Positions 13,300-28,200 of a DNA stretch of 64,000 bases are shown here, piece by piece. Below the pieces are notes generated by a model. It did not search any database and was not told the origin of the DNA. It worked only from the letters and a program-made list of their open reading frames with translations. This DNA comes from the human T2T-CHM13v2.0 reference genome, Homo sapiens. Numbering within the stretch: the stretch's first letter is position 1; every line of letters starts with the position of its first letter. A program made the translations under genes and the position numbers. The stretch spans positions 7,552,001-7,616,000 of the forward strand of contig CP086569.2 of NCBI GenBank assembly GCA_009914755.4, written 5' to 3'.

Positions 13300-16200
13300 G
13301 ACCCTGTTGTTCTCACAGAGAGAAATGCGAAATGTTCAGAAATACAGCACATTCAACTGAAACATCCAGGTACTTACGTTGGGATCAATCAAAGAAACAA
13401 TTTATCTAATGGAAAATGGAACAAAACAAGGCAAGAAAATGGGCCACCCAGGAAAAACATGAAGCCAAGGGAAATTCCCCACCCAGTAAATCAGTAATTG
13501 CTTATGTGGCCCTAACAACCTGTGATTCTCTCACAGATCTTTGCAGCCCTCAGGTAACGAGATACCCTCATGAACCCACTTCATCATAGCCTTCCATTTA
13601 ACACACAGAGTTACATAAAGTCTCAGAAGATCAGCCACTCAGGCTAGTGCAGAGATTCAAGAGTCTTAGATAATCTGTCTTTCAAGCCTTCCCAGAAAAA
13701 TTAGCTGCAACTCCAGCAAAGCAGGAGGTTAAATGCTTTTCCATACCCACAGGAAAGAGGCAGAATCCATGGTGCTGAGCAGTGATGGTCTGTAGAACTC
13801 ACTTCCACAATTCCTCACAGGGTAAGACCTACTGGCTTAGAATTCCAGCCAACCATTGAAACAGAATTTCACCTTCTTGTGATAGAGCTACACCAGAAAG
13901 AAAATTGGGCCGCCATCTTTGTTGCTTGTGCAAGTTAGCCATTTCAGCCTTCAGGCTGAGAAGAGCCCAAGCCAACTGGGAACAGAAAGAATCTCCTACC
14001 ATGGTACAGGTGCTCTAAAAAGACATGGTCAGACTGCCTGTTAAAGCAGGTCTGCAATCTCATTCCTCCTCACTGGAAAGTGCTTTCCAACCAGCGTGTC
14101 CAGCTACCGCCACTTGTGCTATTTTGTAGATGGAATTTTGAAACATATTTGGGATGTAGTTCCTGGAGGGAAGAGTGAGCTGCCACATTTGCTGTTTGTG
14201 TGACTTAGCTGTTCCAGCCATCTGGCTTTTGAGAATCCAAATAAACTGAGTGTAAAAGTGGTACCTCTGTCCAGCAAAGCTGTCCTACAAAAATGTGGCT
14301 AAACTGCTTTTTAAGTGGGTCCCCAATCACATTATCCTCACTGCCTAAACCTTTCAACAGAGGTTTTTAGCTACCTCCTATATGTGCTTTTGTCCTGGAA
14401 ACAGGTCTATACCTCCCTGGGATAGAGTGCCCAGAGAAAAGGGCATGCTGCCATTGTTGCTGCTTTGCAGCATTTACTGTTGATAACTTCAGGTACTGGA
14501 AAATCTGAGGTGACTAGAAACTGTAGTGGACACTCAGCATCCTGCAGCAGCCCTTCAGAAAGTAGTCAGACTGTTACATAAGCAGCTGTTCTCATGTATT
14601 CTCACTGGGAAGATTCTCCAGGACTGGGCCACTAATGAATCATTGCCAGAGCTATTGAACCAGTAGAAAATTAGCAATTCCCTGGACAGGGGCTCCAGCA
14701 CCAACTGAATATATTTCTGCCACTGCTTCTGCAGTAGATCTGTCCTTGCTTCCCTCAGGTTAATGAAAAATCCAAAAATCTAAGTGCTTTATTCACAATT
14801 TAAACAAGCTGCAGTTTACCCAAGGAGAGGAGGCCAGTCCATCCTCCATGGGTTCCACACACTACTCACAGCTGCTCACCAGAAGTGAACCTCTAACTTG
14901 GCCAAAAGCACAGATCCTCCATCCTGGGCTGACTGCACTGAGGGATTGCTGACCTACATCCCTCGGAGATTCAGCCCCCAGAAGAGAAGCAAAGAAGTGG
15001 GGCAGCAAGCCAGCTTATGTGGTGTCCAGTGGGTTTGGCACAAGAGCATCTGTATTAAAGTGTGGCCAGTGGTGGCCATTTCTCTAGGCTAAACTTTCTC
15101 TCATAAAAGGCTTTAGCCCTAGAGAACCTGTTGGACCTAACTTCTGCAGGATGTTTTTACAAATGAGAAGAAACTGCTCCAAGTGAGAACTTTTAAGTCT
15201 GCTCAGCTCTCCCAGGATCCCAGTCTGGCTGCAGCTGCTTACAGTGTAGTCTCAGCTCCCCTAGAAGAGTAGTTTACCATACCATAGCATCTGCATTGGT
15301 GGGCCATGCCTCAGCCCTATGTGCTCCAGCAAGGCAGCCCCTATGACTGCACCAGCCCACATTTATACTCCCCATATGCAGCTTCTCCAGAGACCATAGC
15401 AACTCCTGATATTACTTTGGTGGCACATGTCTGCAAAGGTGGGTTTCGCTTTCCTTGCCCCACCAGCAAATGAGAATGCAGTATGCCCCTGCCATCCACA
15501 GCAGCTGCCATTATAGATGAAGTTTGGTGGGCAGAAAGCCACAACTCTGCCTTTGTGCTAACACTGTGAAGAGAAATGTGTATTCTCCCACACTCTGAAC
15601 CATCACTGTGTTATTGGTGGGGCACAAAGAAGGCATCACAACATTTGTTGGCCAGCATGCTGCCCCAAGCTAACATCACCATTAGTGCAACAGCACACAC
15701 AGTCTCCAGAAGGTAACTTCCAGTTCCCCTTCCAGCTTCTTTGCTCCTGCCAGTAAGGTAAATGCCCAAAGACAGGCAGAAAACCCATATCCACTAGCAC
15801 TTTGCTGCAGCTGTGGCAGGTTAGTCATACAGAGTAATGGACTCCAAATATCAAGGAGCCACAGAAGACAGTTGGAAAAAAATACAACTGCCCAAGAGCA
15901 TGCAGCCTCTGAGTTGTGAGCTGAGCATTGCCAAACACACCACCAAAAAACAAACAAACAAAAATATTCCAGGAACAAAGGCTGTTGGCTTAATCCACCT
16001 TATACCACAGTCAAATATTACAGACAATTGAATAGGATCAAAAAAAGAATACTCCATTCAAAGATCAGCAACCTCAAAGTTATGCCCACAAAGATTAGGC
16101 AAAAATCACTGCAAAAATGTTGAAAACAAAAAAAGCCACAGTGACTTCTTTTATGCAAATGACCAAAATTACATAATTTGGTCAAGATGACAGAAGGCCA

Positions 16201-17335
16201 AAGATGACAGAAGGAGAATTCAGAATTTGGATAGAAATAAACTTTATTGAGCTACAAATGTAAGTTGTAACACAATGCAATGAAGGGAAAAAATTGCAGG
16301 AACTGCTAGAAAAAGCAGCCAATCAGGAGGAAGATGTGGTCAACTGGATAGAGCTAAAACACAAAATACAAAAACTTTATAATGTAATCACAAGTATTAA
16401 CAGAAAAATGGGCCATGTAGTGAAAAGAATCTCAAAGCTTCAAGACTGGCTTTCTGAGATAAAACAGAGAAAAATAGTGAGAGAAAATAAAGATGAATGA
16501 ACAAAGTCTCTAAGAAATGCAAGATTATGTAATGAAACCAAATCTATGATTAAAAAGAGTGCCTGAAAGTGAGGGGGAGAATGAAAACAACTGGAAATAC
16601 ATATTTCCAGATATTATCCAACAACAAATCTTTCAGCTGAAATCCTACAAATCAAAAGAGACTTGGGGCCAATATTCAACATTCTTAAAAAAAAAAAGAA
16701 TTCCAAACCAGAATTTTATATCTTACCAAAGTAAGCTTCAAAATAAATAATAAATATAATCGTATTTGGATAAACAACAGCTGAGGAAATCTATTACCAC
16801 AAGACCTGTCCTACAAGAGCTTCCGAAAAAAGCATTAAATAAGAGACTATTAGCAGTCACTACAAAAAAAAATACACTAAAGTACATAAATAGCTAGCAC
16901 TTTAAAGCAACTACATAAATGTGCAAAATAACCAGTTAAGATCATAGTGACAGAATCAAATCCACACTCATAAATAGTAATGCTAAATGTAAATGGGCTA
17001 AATGCCCCAATTGAAAAACAGTTGAATGCAGGTTTAATATTTAATGGTATGTTGTAATCTAGACACCCATCTAAAATAAGTTCAAAATACAGGGAAAAAG
17101 AACATTCTACCAAGCAAATAGAAAGCAGAAAAAAAGCAGGGGTTACAATTATAGTTTCTTGTACAACAGGCTTTTAGTTAACATGGATTAAAAAAAGACA
17201 AAAAAGAATATTCCATAAGAGTAAAGTGCTATATATACATCCAATGCAAAAGCATCCAGATTATAAAGCAAGTTCTCAGATACCCTCCAAGATGTCAAAT
17301 TAAATGGTCTTAAACAGTCATTACCTTTATATTGC
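13300..17335 (+). mobile_element. Older LINE-1 (L1PB/L1M-like): 5'UTR with internal tandem sub-repeats, ORF1 remnant, first ~200 bp of ORF2; 3' part missing
   Basis: 5'UTR carries repeated gggccgccatctttgttgcttgtgcaagttagccatttcagcc / gagctgccacatttgctgtttgtgtgacttagctgttccagcc / gcatgctgccattgttgctgctttgcag blocks. ORF 16294..16500 (+) is ORF1 coiled-coil-like (MQELLEKAANQEED...). At 16940-17050, ataaatagtaatgctaaatgtaaatgggctaaatgccccaattgaaa matches the ORF2 endonuclease N-terminus. The start coordinate is approximate. Confidence 0.7.
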
Positions 17336-17404
17336 ATTTGTTCAGTGTTAAATCTCTGTTGCTGAACACAATGTGCGGACTTGTTAAAGGTCCACTTTTT
17401 TTTT

Positions 17405-18123
<719 letters not shown>

Positions 18124-18684
18124 CTGAAGACAAAAGAAAAAAATTTCTCCCTCATTAGACTCAGGTGAGTACATTTTACAAACATGTAATTATACAAACC
18201 ACATTAACAAAGTGACAATAGAATACCATAGTCCCTAATTCCTTTACAGACATATAAATTTAACAGTAATATACTTACCAAAATGCCTTTGTGAGAAGTC
18301 TAAGAATCAGTTAAGCATTTGCAGCACCCCAAGTGAGTAAAATGCCAAGAAACATATAGAAGTGTAACAAAACTATTTCATATTTACACACCACGGACAT
18401 TTTTTATCCTATGAAAAATGTAGAGACTGATAACTCCTATCTTACCCTCCAAAAATAAATAAACTGGTGGCACTTATGTCCATGCTTCTGGCTTTCTGAG
18501 ACCTTATCAAAGACTAATTTGTATATTCACAACAGTGTTTAAAGGAAAGGTGGTAAACTTTGACAGTTTTGGGCAGTTGTGACTAAAGACAAAAGACCAT
18601 CAAAAGAAAAAATCTTCAGTGTCATAGACAGACAATGGGCATCCAGCTGACTGCAGGATCTCAATGAGAAATATGGGGAATTAC

Positions 18685-18980
18685 TGGGAGCGTTGATTCA
18701 CACCTGTAATTCCAGCACTTTGGAGGCTGAGGAGGGTGGATCAACTGAGGTCAAAAGTTCAAGACCAGCTAGGTCAACATGGTGAAACCCTGTCTCTACT
18801 GAAAATACAAAAGTTAGCCACAGCAGAAACCAGTAATCCAAGCTCTTAAGTAGGCAGAGGCAGGAGAATTGCTTGAATCTGGGATGTGGAGGTTGCAGTC
18901 AGCCAAGTTTATGCCATTGCACTCCAGCCTGGGCAACAACAGTGAAACTCCAACTCAAAAATAAAAAATAAAAATAAAGG
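18685..18980 (+). mobile_element. Alu SINE (+) with A-rich tail
   Basis: gggagcgttgattcacacctgtaattccagcactttggaggctgaggagggtggatcaactgaggtcaaaagttcaagaccagc...gcactccagcctgggcaacaacagtgaaactccaactcaaaaataaaaaataaaaataaa. Confidence 0.85.
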
Positions 18981-18989
18981 AAAGAAGAA

Positions 18990-21047
18990 AACAAGAAAAA
19001 AACATGAGGAAATCTTTTTAACAAACAAACAACAAAAAACAGAGAAAGCATCCAAAGAACAGGCTTGAGAGACTCCAAGAACCTCTAGCCTAATAAATTG
19101 GTATCATATTCCCCCAGACAAAGCCACTTAATGGAGATTTTGAAATGTTGTTTTTTATTATACGAATTGCAACCTAAGATAACAACATATACAAAACATC
19201 AAGATAATATGGCTCAAAGATAAACATGAATATCCAGAAATCAACTATAAGAAAATAGAGATGTAAAAATTACCAGAGGCAATTTGGATTAAATTCTAGG
19301 TTTATTTTTAAAAAGAAATAAATAAATTATGCTAAAATTTAAAATCGCCATCTCAATGATGTTAATCAGTAAAATGGAAATAAAGAAAAAAATAAAAAAA
19401 GAAAAGAAACCAACAAAAAGATTAAAATCCCAAAATAAATAAAAATTGTGGAGTAGAAGTACAAAAACAGGCTAATATGAACTTCAACATTAGTAAAAAA
19501 ATTTAAGAAAATCAAGAAGCTCAGCTAATTTTAACTAAGGTTAACAGAAAGATATTTCTAATGGACAAAATATAAGCAAAGTTGTGAAAGTCACAGACAA
19601 GAAGATAATCTGGAATTCAGGAAGAAAAAATAGATGTGTATGTATGCTTCTGCAAGATTACTACAAATTTATGAACGTCAATCTTTTGGGCATGAAGGGT
19701 ATAAGACGATGTAGTTAAAACACTGAAAAAAAAAAAAGCCTAAGCAGGAATACTATAGCCTCCAAAAGTAGCCATCCAATGAAAAAACAAATCTGACTAT
19801 ACCATAATCTGTATCAAGAACTAACTATTTAGAACAGGTAACTATTTATTAAGTTGAAAGCTATTATATTTTCTATAATTATTTTAAGTCAAAATTCACA
19901 ATAGACAAAGTAAGACATTCAAATATAGTAAGAGGTTTAATTCACTGAATACCTATAAAGACAGTTCTTCCAAACACATAAACCAACATTGACAGAATTG
20001 AATGAAAAATAGGCAGCAATATAATAATGGATGTATACATCAATATCTTACTTTCAGTAATAAATAAAGCAAGACAGAATATCAATAAGGGAACAAAAAA
20101 CTGGAATGCACTATACAATAATTACACCTAACAAATGTATGCAGACAACAGAATAGACATTCTTTTCAATAGCTCATAAAACATTTTCCTAGATGGATGA
20201 TCTGTGACACCAGAGATGAAGCCTTAATAATTTTTAGTAGAAATTTTACAGAAAATTATTTATAGCCCAGGTTGAATGAAACTAGAATTCAATAACAAAA
20301 GAAGAGCAGAAAAACCCCAAAAATATAAAAAATAAGCAACAGTTTGTTTATTTTTTATTTATTTATTTATTTATTATTTATTTATCTTTTGATGGAGTAT
20401 CACTCTGAAGCTAGGCTAGAGTCCAGTGGCACAATCTCAGCTCCACTGCAATCTTCACCTTTTGTGTTCAAGTGATTCTCCTGATTCAGCCTCCAGAGTA
20501 GCTGTGACTACAGGAATGCAACAACAAGCCCAGAACTTTTTTTTTATTTTAGTAGAGATGGGGTTTCATTATGTTGTCCAGGACCACCTGTATCTCCTGA
20601 TCTTTCTATGCATGCTACTCAGCCTCCAAAAGTGCTGGGTTTACAGGCATGAGCCACTGCACACAGCCAACAGCACACTTTTAAGCATGCTGTTTTTCTA
20701 GGGTTGGAAGATAAAATATTGTGAAGATGTCCATGCTACTCAAAGTGACACAAACCCACAACACACCCTTTTTCAATTTTTAATTTTACTTTTCCAAAAT
20801 AGAAAAAACCCACAAAATTACATAAGATTCCAAGAAACCATGAAAAGTCCAACAATCTTAAAAAAAAAGAAAAAGAAAAATATTGGAAGCATTACATATA
20901 ACAATTTCCAAACACTAAGCAAACCTACAGTAACAAAGGACTTTGCTACCAGTATAAAGGTAGAACACCAAAGTAATGAAATAAAATGCAGCACAGATAT
21001 AAACTCTTGAATAGACAGGAGAGACATCATACCACCTAGGTTTTTCA
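18990..21047 (+). mobile_element. Ancient LINE-1 (L1M-like) ORF2 fragment (endonuclease/RT region), interrupted by an Alu at 20345-20668. The satellite array begins immediately at its 3' edge.
   Basis: Degenerate ORF2-like translation (e.g. ...YTIITPNKCMQTTE.TFFSIAHKTFSR.DDL... ~ L1 EN YTFFSSAHGTFSRIDH). A-rich L1M-like composition. Continuity of the same element across the Alu (20669-21047). Confidence 0.6.
20345..20668 (-). mobile_element. Alu SINE, antisense, inserted into the L1M fragment (its poly-A side is a (TTTA)n run)
   Basis: tttatttatttatttatttatt...gatggagtatcactctgaagctaggctagagtccagtggcacaatctcagctccactgcaatc...gctgggtttacaggcatgagccactgcacacagcc. Confidence 0.85.
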
Positions 21048-23369
21048 TTCAGCCATATGTCACAATTCCTTCAATAAGCAAGACCCAGGCAGGAGATCAG
21101 AGTTACATTACGTAGATGCTAGTTTCAGTGATATTTCAAAATGTCCTCTGGGTGAAGGACACAGGCTGCAGAGACATATCACCTACCTGAAAGGCCCAGA
21201 AATATGTAATAGTACCCCCTATTGACAGGGCCCAGGCAAAAGAGTCATGTTATTATGATTCTGACCCATCAATATGTAACAATGAACCCATGGGAAGGAA
21301 TATGAGCCAAAAAGTCTCAACACCTGGGTACTAGGATGAGTCATATGATCCGATCTCCACATCTTTGAGTGTGACAGCTTTAACTTTTACCTGAGAAAGT
21401 ATATTACAGTCACAGTCTTATATGTGTTGCAGGACAATATATAACACTGTCTACAGGAGATGAGGGTTTTATAAACCTGTATGAGAGTTGCAAAGTTCTC
21501 TGAGGTCTACATGCTCCTATGGACTCACAATCTTACATATTGCTCCAAACTCAGGTCTAATAGTCAACATCTTTCCTATAGGCAGGGTTAAGAAAAAAAT
21601 CCATTATTATGCCAATGAGCTGGATCCACAAATGAGTTACCATCCCAATTCTTGTCGGATTAACATATAAAAGTCAAACCTCCAACTTTGTGCTGTATTC
21701 CTTTGTTAGACTCAGGACCTCAACATTGGGCATTATAAATATTGGATGGTGACAATTTTAATTTCACCTAGGTATGTAAACATGAGTCTCAATCTGAACT
21801 TTTTGCTGGGCCCTGTTAGGAAACACTCTACCACCAAGGAGTTTGAAAAATATAAGTCAGTGTTGTAAGCTTCTGTAACATTGGTAGAAATATGTAACAG
21901 AGGACCTTACCTATTGCTCTAAACCTAATGATGTGAGATAAGATATCTCCTATTGGCTGAATCCCAACATAAATTTGATCATCTATGCCTGTCAACTAAA
22001 GCAAGGTGTATGTATTAATCCCATATGTGGGCAAATAACTAGGCAGGAGGGAAATATCTCTTATATGCTGTGCCAGCCAATATGTCAAAATACCTTTTCT
22101 AGGCAGGGTATAGGATATAAGGTCACATTAACTGGGTGCTGGACCCAGTAATATGACCCTATTCCACATGTGGAAAATACCCAGCCAAGTTATGAGAGCC
22201 AAAACATCGACATAATGGGCTGAAGCTATGTCAAAATACCTTCAGTGGCTCCAACACAGGCCGAAAAGTCATATCATAAGGATGCTGGTCTTAGCAATAT
22301 GCAATATGCCATAATTTCTTCTTTATGGAAAACACAGGCAGGAGAGTAACATCATCAGGATGTTGGTCCGTGCAATTGGTCAAAATTCCTTTTTTGTGGG
22401 CATGTTCAGAAACAAGAGGAGAGTTACATATTCTGAGTGCTGGGATCAGCTATGTGCCAAAATCTTCTTATTGTGAAGGCCCAGTCAAAAAATAGAGTCA
22501 TATCTTCATACTATGGGCTCAGAAATATGTCCAAATGTTTCCATTAGGTAGGTCTCATTGAGATGAGGAAAGTCATATCCTAGGTGCTTCCCTTCATATA
22601 TGAACAAAGTAACATGTTTGCAGAAATCATGAAGAAGAACCACATCACTTGGGTGCTGGGTCCTGAGATATGTCACAAGGCCTTCTTAGAATATCATCAA
22701 GCACAGAGGGTAACATAAACTATGTGCAGATTCTCTGTTTATTCCACAATGTTCCATGAGTGTAGGTCCCAGAGAGGGAGTCATTTCAGTCAGGTGACAG
22801 CCCAAGAGACATGTTACAATGTCCTCTGTGAAGCATAGACCTGGCTAAAGAGTACCCTCACCTGTATGCCTGGCCTAGAAATATGTCACTCTTAAGGTTG
22901 GCAGGGCCCAAGCAGGAGAACCACATAACCTAGGTGATGGGCCCAGATATATGTCATAATGTCCTGCTTTCAGGTTGGCTCTGGCAAAAGAGTATCCTCA
23001 CATGCTTGATTGGCCTTGCTATATGCCGCTATCCTTCCTTTGTGCAGGGCCCACTCCAGAGATGAGAGTTACATCACCTATGAGGTGGACACAGAAACAT
23101 GACACAGTAATTTTGATGGACATGGCACTGGCAAGAATGTAACATCACCAAGCTGCTAGATCCAGTGATATGTCGCAACCCTCACTGAGAGAGCACCCAG
23201 GTAGGAGAGTCACATCCCCTCGAGGTTGAACTAGGTAGATATCACAATTTCATATATAAACTCGGACCTTTCTGCAAAGTAAAACTACACAGGTGCTTGG
23301 CAAATATGTGTATCAAAATAACACTGTCAGAAAATGTCAAAGGGGAGATTTACAATACCGCTCATGTTC

Positions 23370-26300
23370 TGTTTTATATGTGACAGTTGGCTTCATCCAT
23401 GTGAAATGATGACTGTTCTGTCAGCTGGGTTTTCATACAAGACTCACAATTTTGCCTGTGTGCTGAGTGCTACGTTAGCTCTGCTTATATAACCCAAATA
23501 CTTTTTAAAGTATGTGTGAGTGTTGTAATCTTTTGTGACCTTTGTACAAGAAAGTGATCCATGACATCACACATGTCACTACACCTAGTTATAAGAGCCT
23601 AAATATTCTCTATTTGCTGAGTCCACATATAAAAGTCATTATCATTCCTGTGAGCCCTGCCTAGGTATATGTTGCAATTCCATCTTGGTTATAAAGCAGG
23701 CAGAACAGCCTCATCACCTAAATTCTGGGCCTAAAATATTTCAATATTCTCTTTGTAGGCAGGGTCTTGTCAGAAATGTCACATAAGTTTTGTGCTAGGG
23801 CCAGGTCTGTGGCACAATGACCCTTGTGGGCAGTGTCTGGGCAGAAAAGGAGAGTAATATCACCTAAATGATGGGCTGACATATATGTCAAAATGCTGCC
23901 TGTTGACAGAGCCCAGGAAAGAGAGTCATATAATTTGGATGCAGTGTTTAGAAATGTTACAATTATCAAAGGAAGCAGGGTACAGGCAGGAGAGGAATCA
24001 TGTAACCTAGATGGTGTGTTCAGAAATATGTTACAATGTCCCCTGAAGACATTGTTAAGATAACACAATAAAATCACCAAGTTACTTGGTCAGGTATTTG
24101 TCAAAATCTCATTTGTGGGCTATACCTAGGGAGAATTATTAAATCTATCCAGAGCTGGGCAAAGATATGTGTCACAATTTCACTTGTGGAAAGATTTAAG
24201 AATTAGAGTCACCATCCTGCACATGTCCTGGCTCTAGGCATATGAGTTGTTCTTAGGCTTTTGTTTTGGTCTCAGTTGTATGGCATAATATCACCTGTGG
24301 CCAGAGATAAGGCAAGAAACTCATATAATCTACATGGGTGAGGGTCCAGTGAGATGTTACAATCCACCTGGTGGGCAAAGCCCTTGCAGAAGAGTCACAT
24401 CACTTGGATGCTGGTTTCAGCGATACGTAAAAACCATTCTCTGAGGTAAGGACTTTGGCATGAGAGGAGACCCACTTCATCTAGGCAATTGGCCTAGATA
24501 TATGTCACAATGACCATTAACTGCAGGAATAAGGCTAAAGAATGACCTCACCTTGGTGCTGTGCCCAGCAGTATGTCACATGCTCCCTGAGGTCAGGGCA
24601 CAATGAAAAGTAAAGAAACATCACCTTGGTACTGAGAGAAGTTATAGGTTACAATGCTTCCTATTGGCAACCCCCCAACCAAAAAAAAAATCACATCTCC
24701 TGGGTGCACTACCCTGTTATGTGTCACAATGCTCTGTAACTGCAGGGCCAAGACAGTAGAAGGGAGTCACATAATTTATGTGATGGACCTAAATATAACA
24801 CACAATTCTCTTTGTAGGCAGTTTTCAGGTGGGTAAATCACATCACCTGGGTGATGGTCCCAGTGATATATAAAACTGCACTTTGTAGGCAGAACAAAGT
24901 ATGATGTTATGTATTGATTTGGGGCTTTTTCCACATATGGCACAATTTCATCTGTGGTTTGGGCCTAGAAAAGTTCATCAAACTACCCATGTCCTGGGCA
25001 GAGTTACCTGACCCACTCACACTTTCAGAAAGGTTCAGAAATAATTTTCAGTCCACACAAATCCTAGCTTCAGGTATGAGAATCAACACCTTCTGTGAGT
25101 TGGGTCAAAGTACAGGACTCACAATCAACAATGGGAAGGTCAGTGTGTAAGAACTCCAATCCCACTTGAAGATTGTGTTCCAATAAGAGAGACACAACAC
25201 CACAGTTCTGCTTAATCATGGTTCAAACATCATCAAACACCTGCGGATCAGATTTATATATGAGAGTAACAATTTCAAGCTTTGATGGCCTATGTGAGTG
25301 AGATTTAGTATCACATTGGTAGGATCTGTTTATGTGTGAAAAAAAACAATTGTGTCAGCTGGGTGTGCATCCAAGACACCCTGGCTTCTGGTGCCTGTTA
25401 TGAGACACTTTGGACCACTCAGGCTTTATATGATATGCCTCAGTGGGATACTTTTCTGTGTATTCTTACAGGTTGGTGATATAGGACTTTTCTCATGGCT
25501 GTAAGACTAGATATGAGAGTTGAAATACCTTCCCAGGCTGGCAGTAGTTTTGAGAGTTATTATTATGCACATAAGCTGAATCCAGGTATATGTCACAAGC
25601 TCACCTTTGGACAGAGACAAGACAGAAGAGTCCTACCATCTGGGCTCTGATCCAGGGATACATTTTAATCTACTTCATAGGCAGGATCCAGTCCAAAGAG
25701 TCATGTCACCTGGGTACAGTCTTAAGTAATATGTCATTATGCCCACTGTAAATACAGGGTTGAAAAAGTAGTGGATAATCACATTCTCTTGGGATTGGCC
25801 TCAGTAATATGTTATAATTTCCTCTATTGGCAGAGTCCAGGACAAAGAGGAGGGTCACATCACCTAGATTTTACACTCAGTCATATGTCACAATTTATTC
25901 AGTGGGCAGGATCCTGCAGGAGAGGAGATTCACATTACCTAGATTCTTCATCTAGCGATATGTCACAGTGTCCTCTTTGGGCAGGGCACTGGCAGGAGAG
26001 ATACACAACCTAGCTGATAGGCCTAAAGATATGTGATAATATCCCCTGCTGTCAGGGTTCAAGCAAAAGGGTTTCATTATTGTAATTCAAACCCAGGGAT
26101 ATTTTACAATACAACCATTGAAAAGAATTTAAGCCAAAAATTCTCAACACCTGGAGGTACTAGTCCTAGTGACATGGAACAATCTCTTTATGTATTAGGG
26201 TGACAACTTTGAATCTTTACTTGGTGAGTATATAAGAGTCACAATCTCATATGTGTTCTGGCTGATCCCATGACACACTCTACAACATACAAAGGCTTTA

Positions 26301-28200
26301 AGCAACATGCATGAGAGTTGCAATCCATTCTGAGGACTACATGCTCCTATTGACTCACAAAGATATGTATTGCTTTAAACTTGGTTATGATAATCAACAT
26401 CCCTTTTACAGGTTATGTTCAGACAGGAGACCCATTATTATGCCTGTGATTTGGGTCCAGAAGTAAGTCACCATCTCACCTGTAGCAAGAGCCATATGTG
26501 AAATTCACAAATCTATCTTTGTACTTTATTTGCTTGTTAAACTCAGTGCTTCAACAGTGGGCTTTGTGAATGTGGGATGTTGACAACTTTTGCTCTCACC
26601 TTCATGTGTAATCAAGAGTCACAATCTTAACTTTTGCTGGGCCCTGTTATAAAACTCTGTGTACCAAGCAAGGAGTTTAGTGTTGTAACATTCTGTGAAC
26701 TTTCTACAAACTTGCACCTCATAAACTTACCTGTTGTTTTAAGTGTAGCAATGAAAGGCAAAACATATAGTATTGGTGAAATTCCAATTTCAGTTCGATC
26801 ATGATGCTTCTGAATTGAAGCAATGTAAATTTCATAACACCATTTGTAGAAAACAAAAAACTTTTCAGAAAGGTAGAAAACTGACGTGCTGTGTCAAGAA
26901 ACATGTCACAATGTCCCCTCCATGCAGGGTCTAGTAATTGGGTTATGATAACTGGGTGCTGGACTCAGTGGAATGACACAACTCTAAACATAGAAAATGT
27001 AGGAAAAACAAACACATACAAATGATGAGAACAAAATTATTTACAGAATAGGCGCATGGTATGTAAAAATACTTTCTGCTACTCTGGAACAGGCAGAAGA
27101 TTTACATCATCAGGGTGGGAGTCCCAGCAATATGCCATAACTCTCTCTTTATGTTGGACCTAGTTAGAGGAGAAACATCATCTGTATGCTGGGCCCAGCA
27201 ATAAACCAAAGTTCCTTTTCATAGTCATGGTTCAGGAAAAAAGAAGTCATATTACCTAAGTATTAGGCTTAGCAATATGTCACATCACCCCATTCTAAAG
27301 CCTCTTGCAGAAGAAAAGGTTCACATAACTTAAGACACAGGCTCAGATACAAGGCATGATGTCCCAAGTAGGTAGTGCTCATGCAGAAGAGAAGAGTCAT
27401 ATCACCTAGGTGCTTCCTAGGTATATGACACAATCTAACATGCGAGGGGAAACCAGGCAGAAGAGTCACTTCATCTTGATGCTGGGTTCTAAGTTATGTC
27501 ACATGGCTTCCTTAAGACAGCACACAGGCAAGAGAGTTACAAAAAATAAGTATGAAAAATGTCACAATGCTCCATAAGGACAGGACACAAGCAGGGAGCC
27601 ACATCACCTAGGTGACTGACCCATATATATATGTCACAATGTCCACATTGAGTCATGGCCCTGGTGAAAGAGTACCATCACCTGTGTGCATAGCCTAGCA
27701 ATATGTCACTATCTTAGTAAGCAGAACCCAAGCAGATTAGCAACATCACCTAGGTGATAGGCCAAGAGATTTGTCACAATGCCCTCTTTAGGACATAGTC
27801 CTAGCATATAAGTACTGTCACCTCTGTGCCTGGCCCAGTCATATATCACTATCACTCACTGTGTGCAGTACCCATTCTAATGGGGAGAGTTTTGTTGCCT
27901 AAGTGGTTGGCACAGTGGTATGTCCCAATGATTTCTGTATGCATGGCTCAGGCAAAAATGTAACATGACTTGGATACTGGATCTAGTGATATGTAGTGAC
28001 TCTTACTGAGAGCAGGGCCCAGGCAGGAGCATCATATCACCTAAAGTTTTGCTCACGTAGATATCACAATAGCATATGTGGGCTGGAACAAGTCTGGGAG
28101 TAAAATCACACAAGTGTTTGGCAAAGATTTATGTCACAGTCACACTGGCAGAAAATTCTCAGGATGAGATGTACAATACCACACATGTCCTGTTTTTATG
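23370..28200 (+). repeat. Canonical higher-order repeat copy 1 (~4.8 kb: module D, monomer run, module A, monomer run, ~0.7-kb module C, monomer run)
   Basis: Module D to module A spacing is ~1.9 kb and module A to the next module D is ~2.9 kb. Boundaries are landmark-based and accurate to +/-50 bp. Confidence 0.5.

Noticed and set aside
16294-16750. ORFs 16294..16500 and 16559..16750 (+)
   Set aside because: Remnants of L1 ORF1 (coiled-coil and C-terminal region) inside the older L1. Interrupted by stops.
18150-18170. Plus-strand gactcag|gtgagtac looks like a splice donor
   Set aside because: It sits in the intron just upstream of the minus-strand ZNF acceptor. There is no plus-strand exon evidence upstream, so it is likely coincidental.
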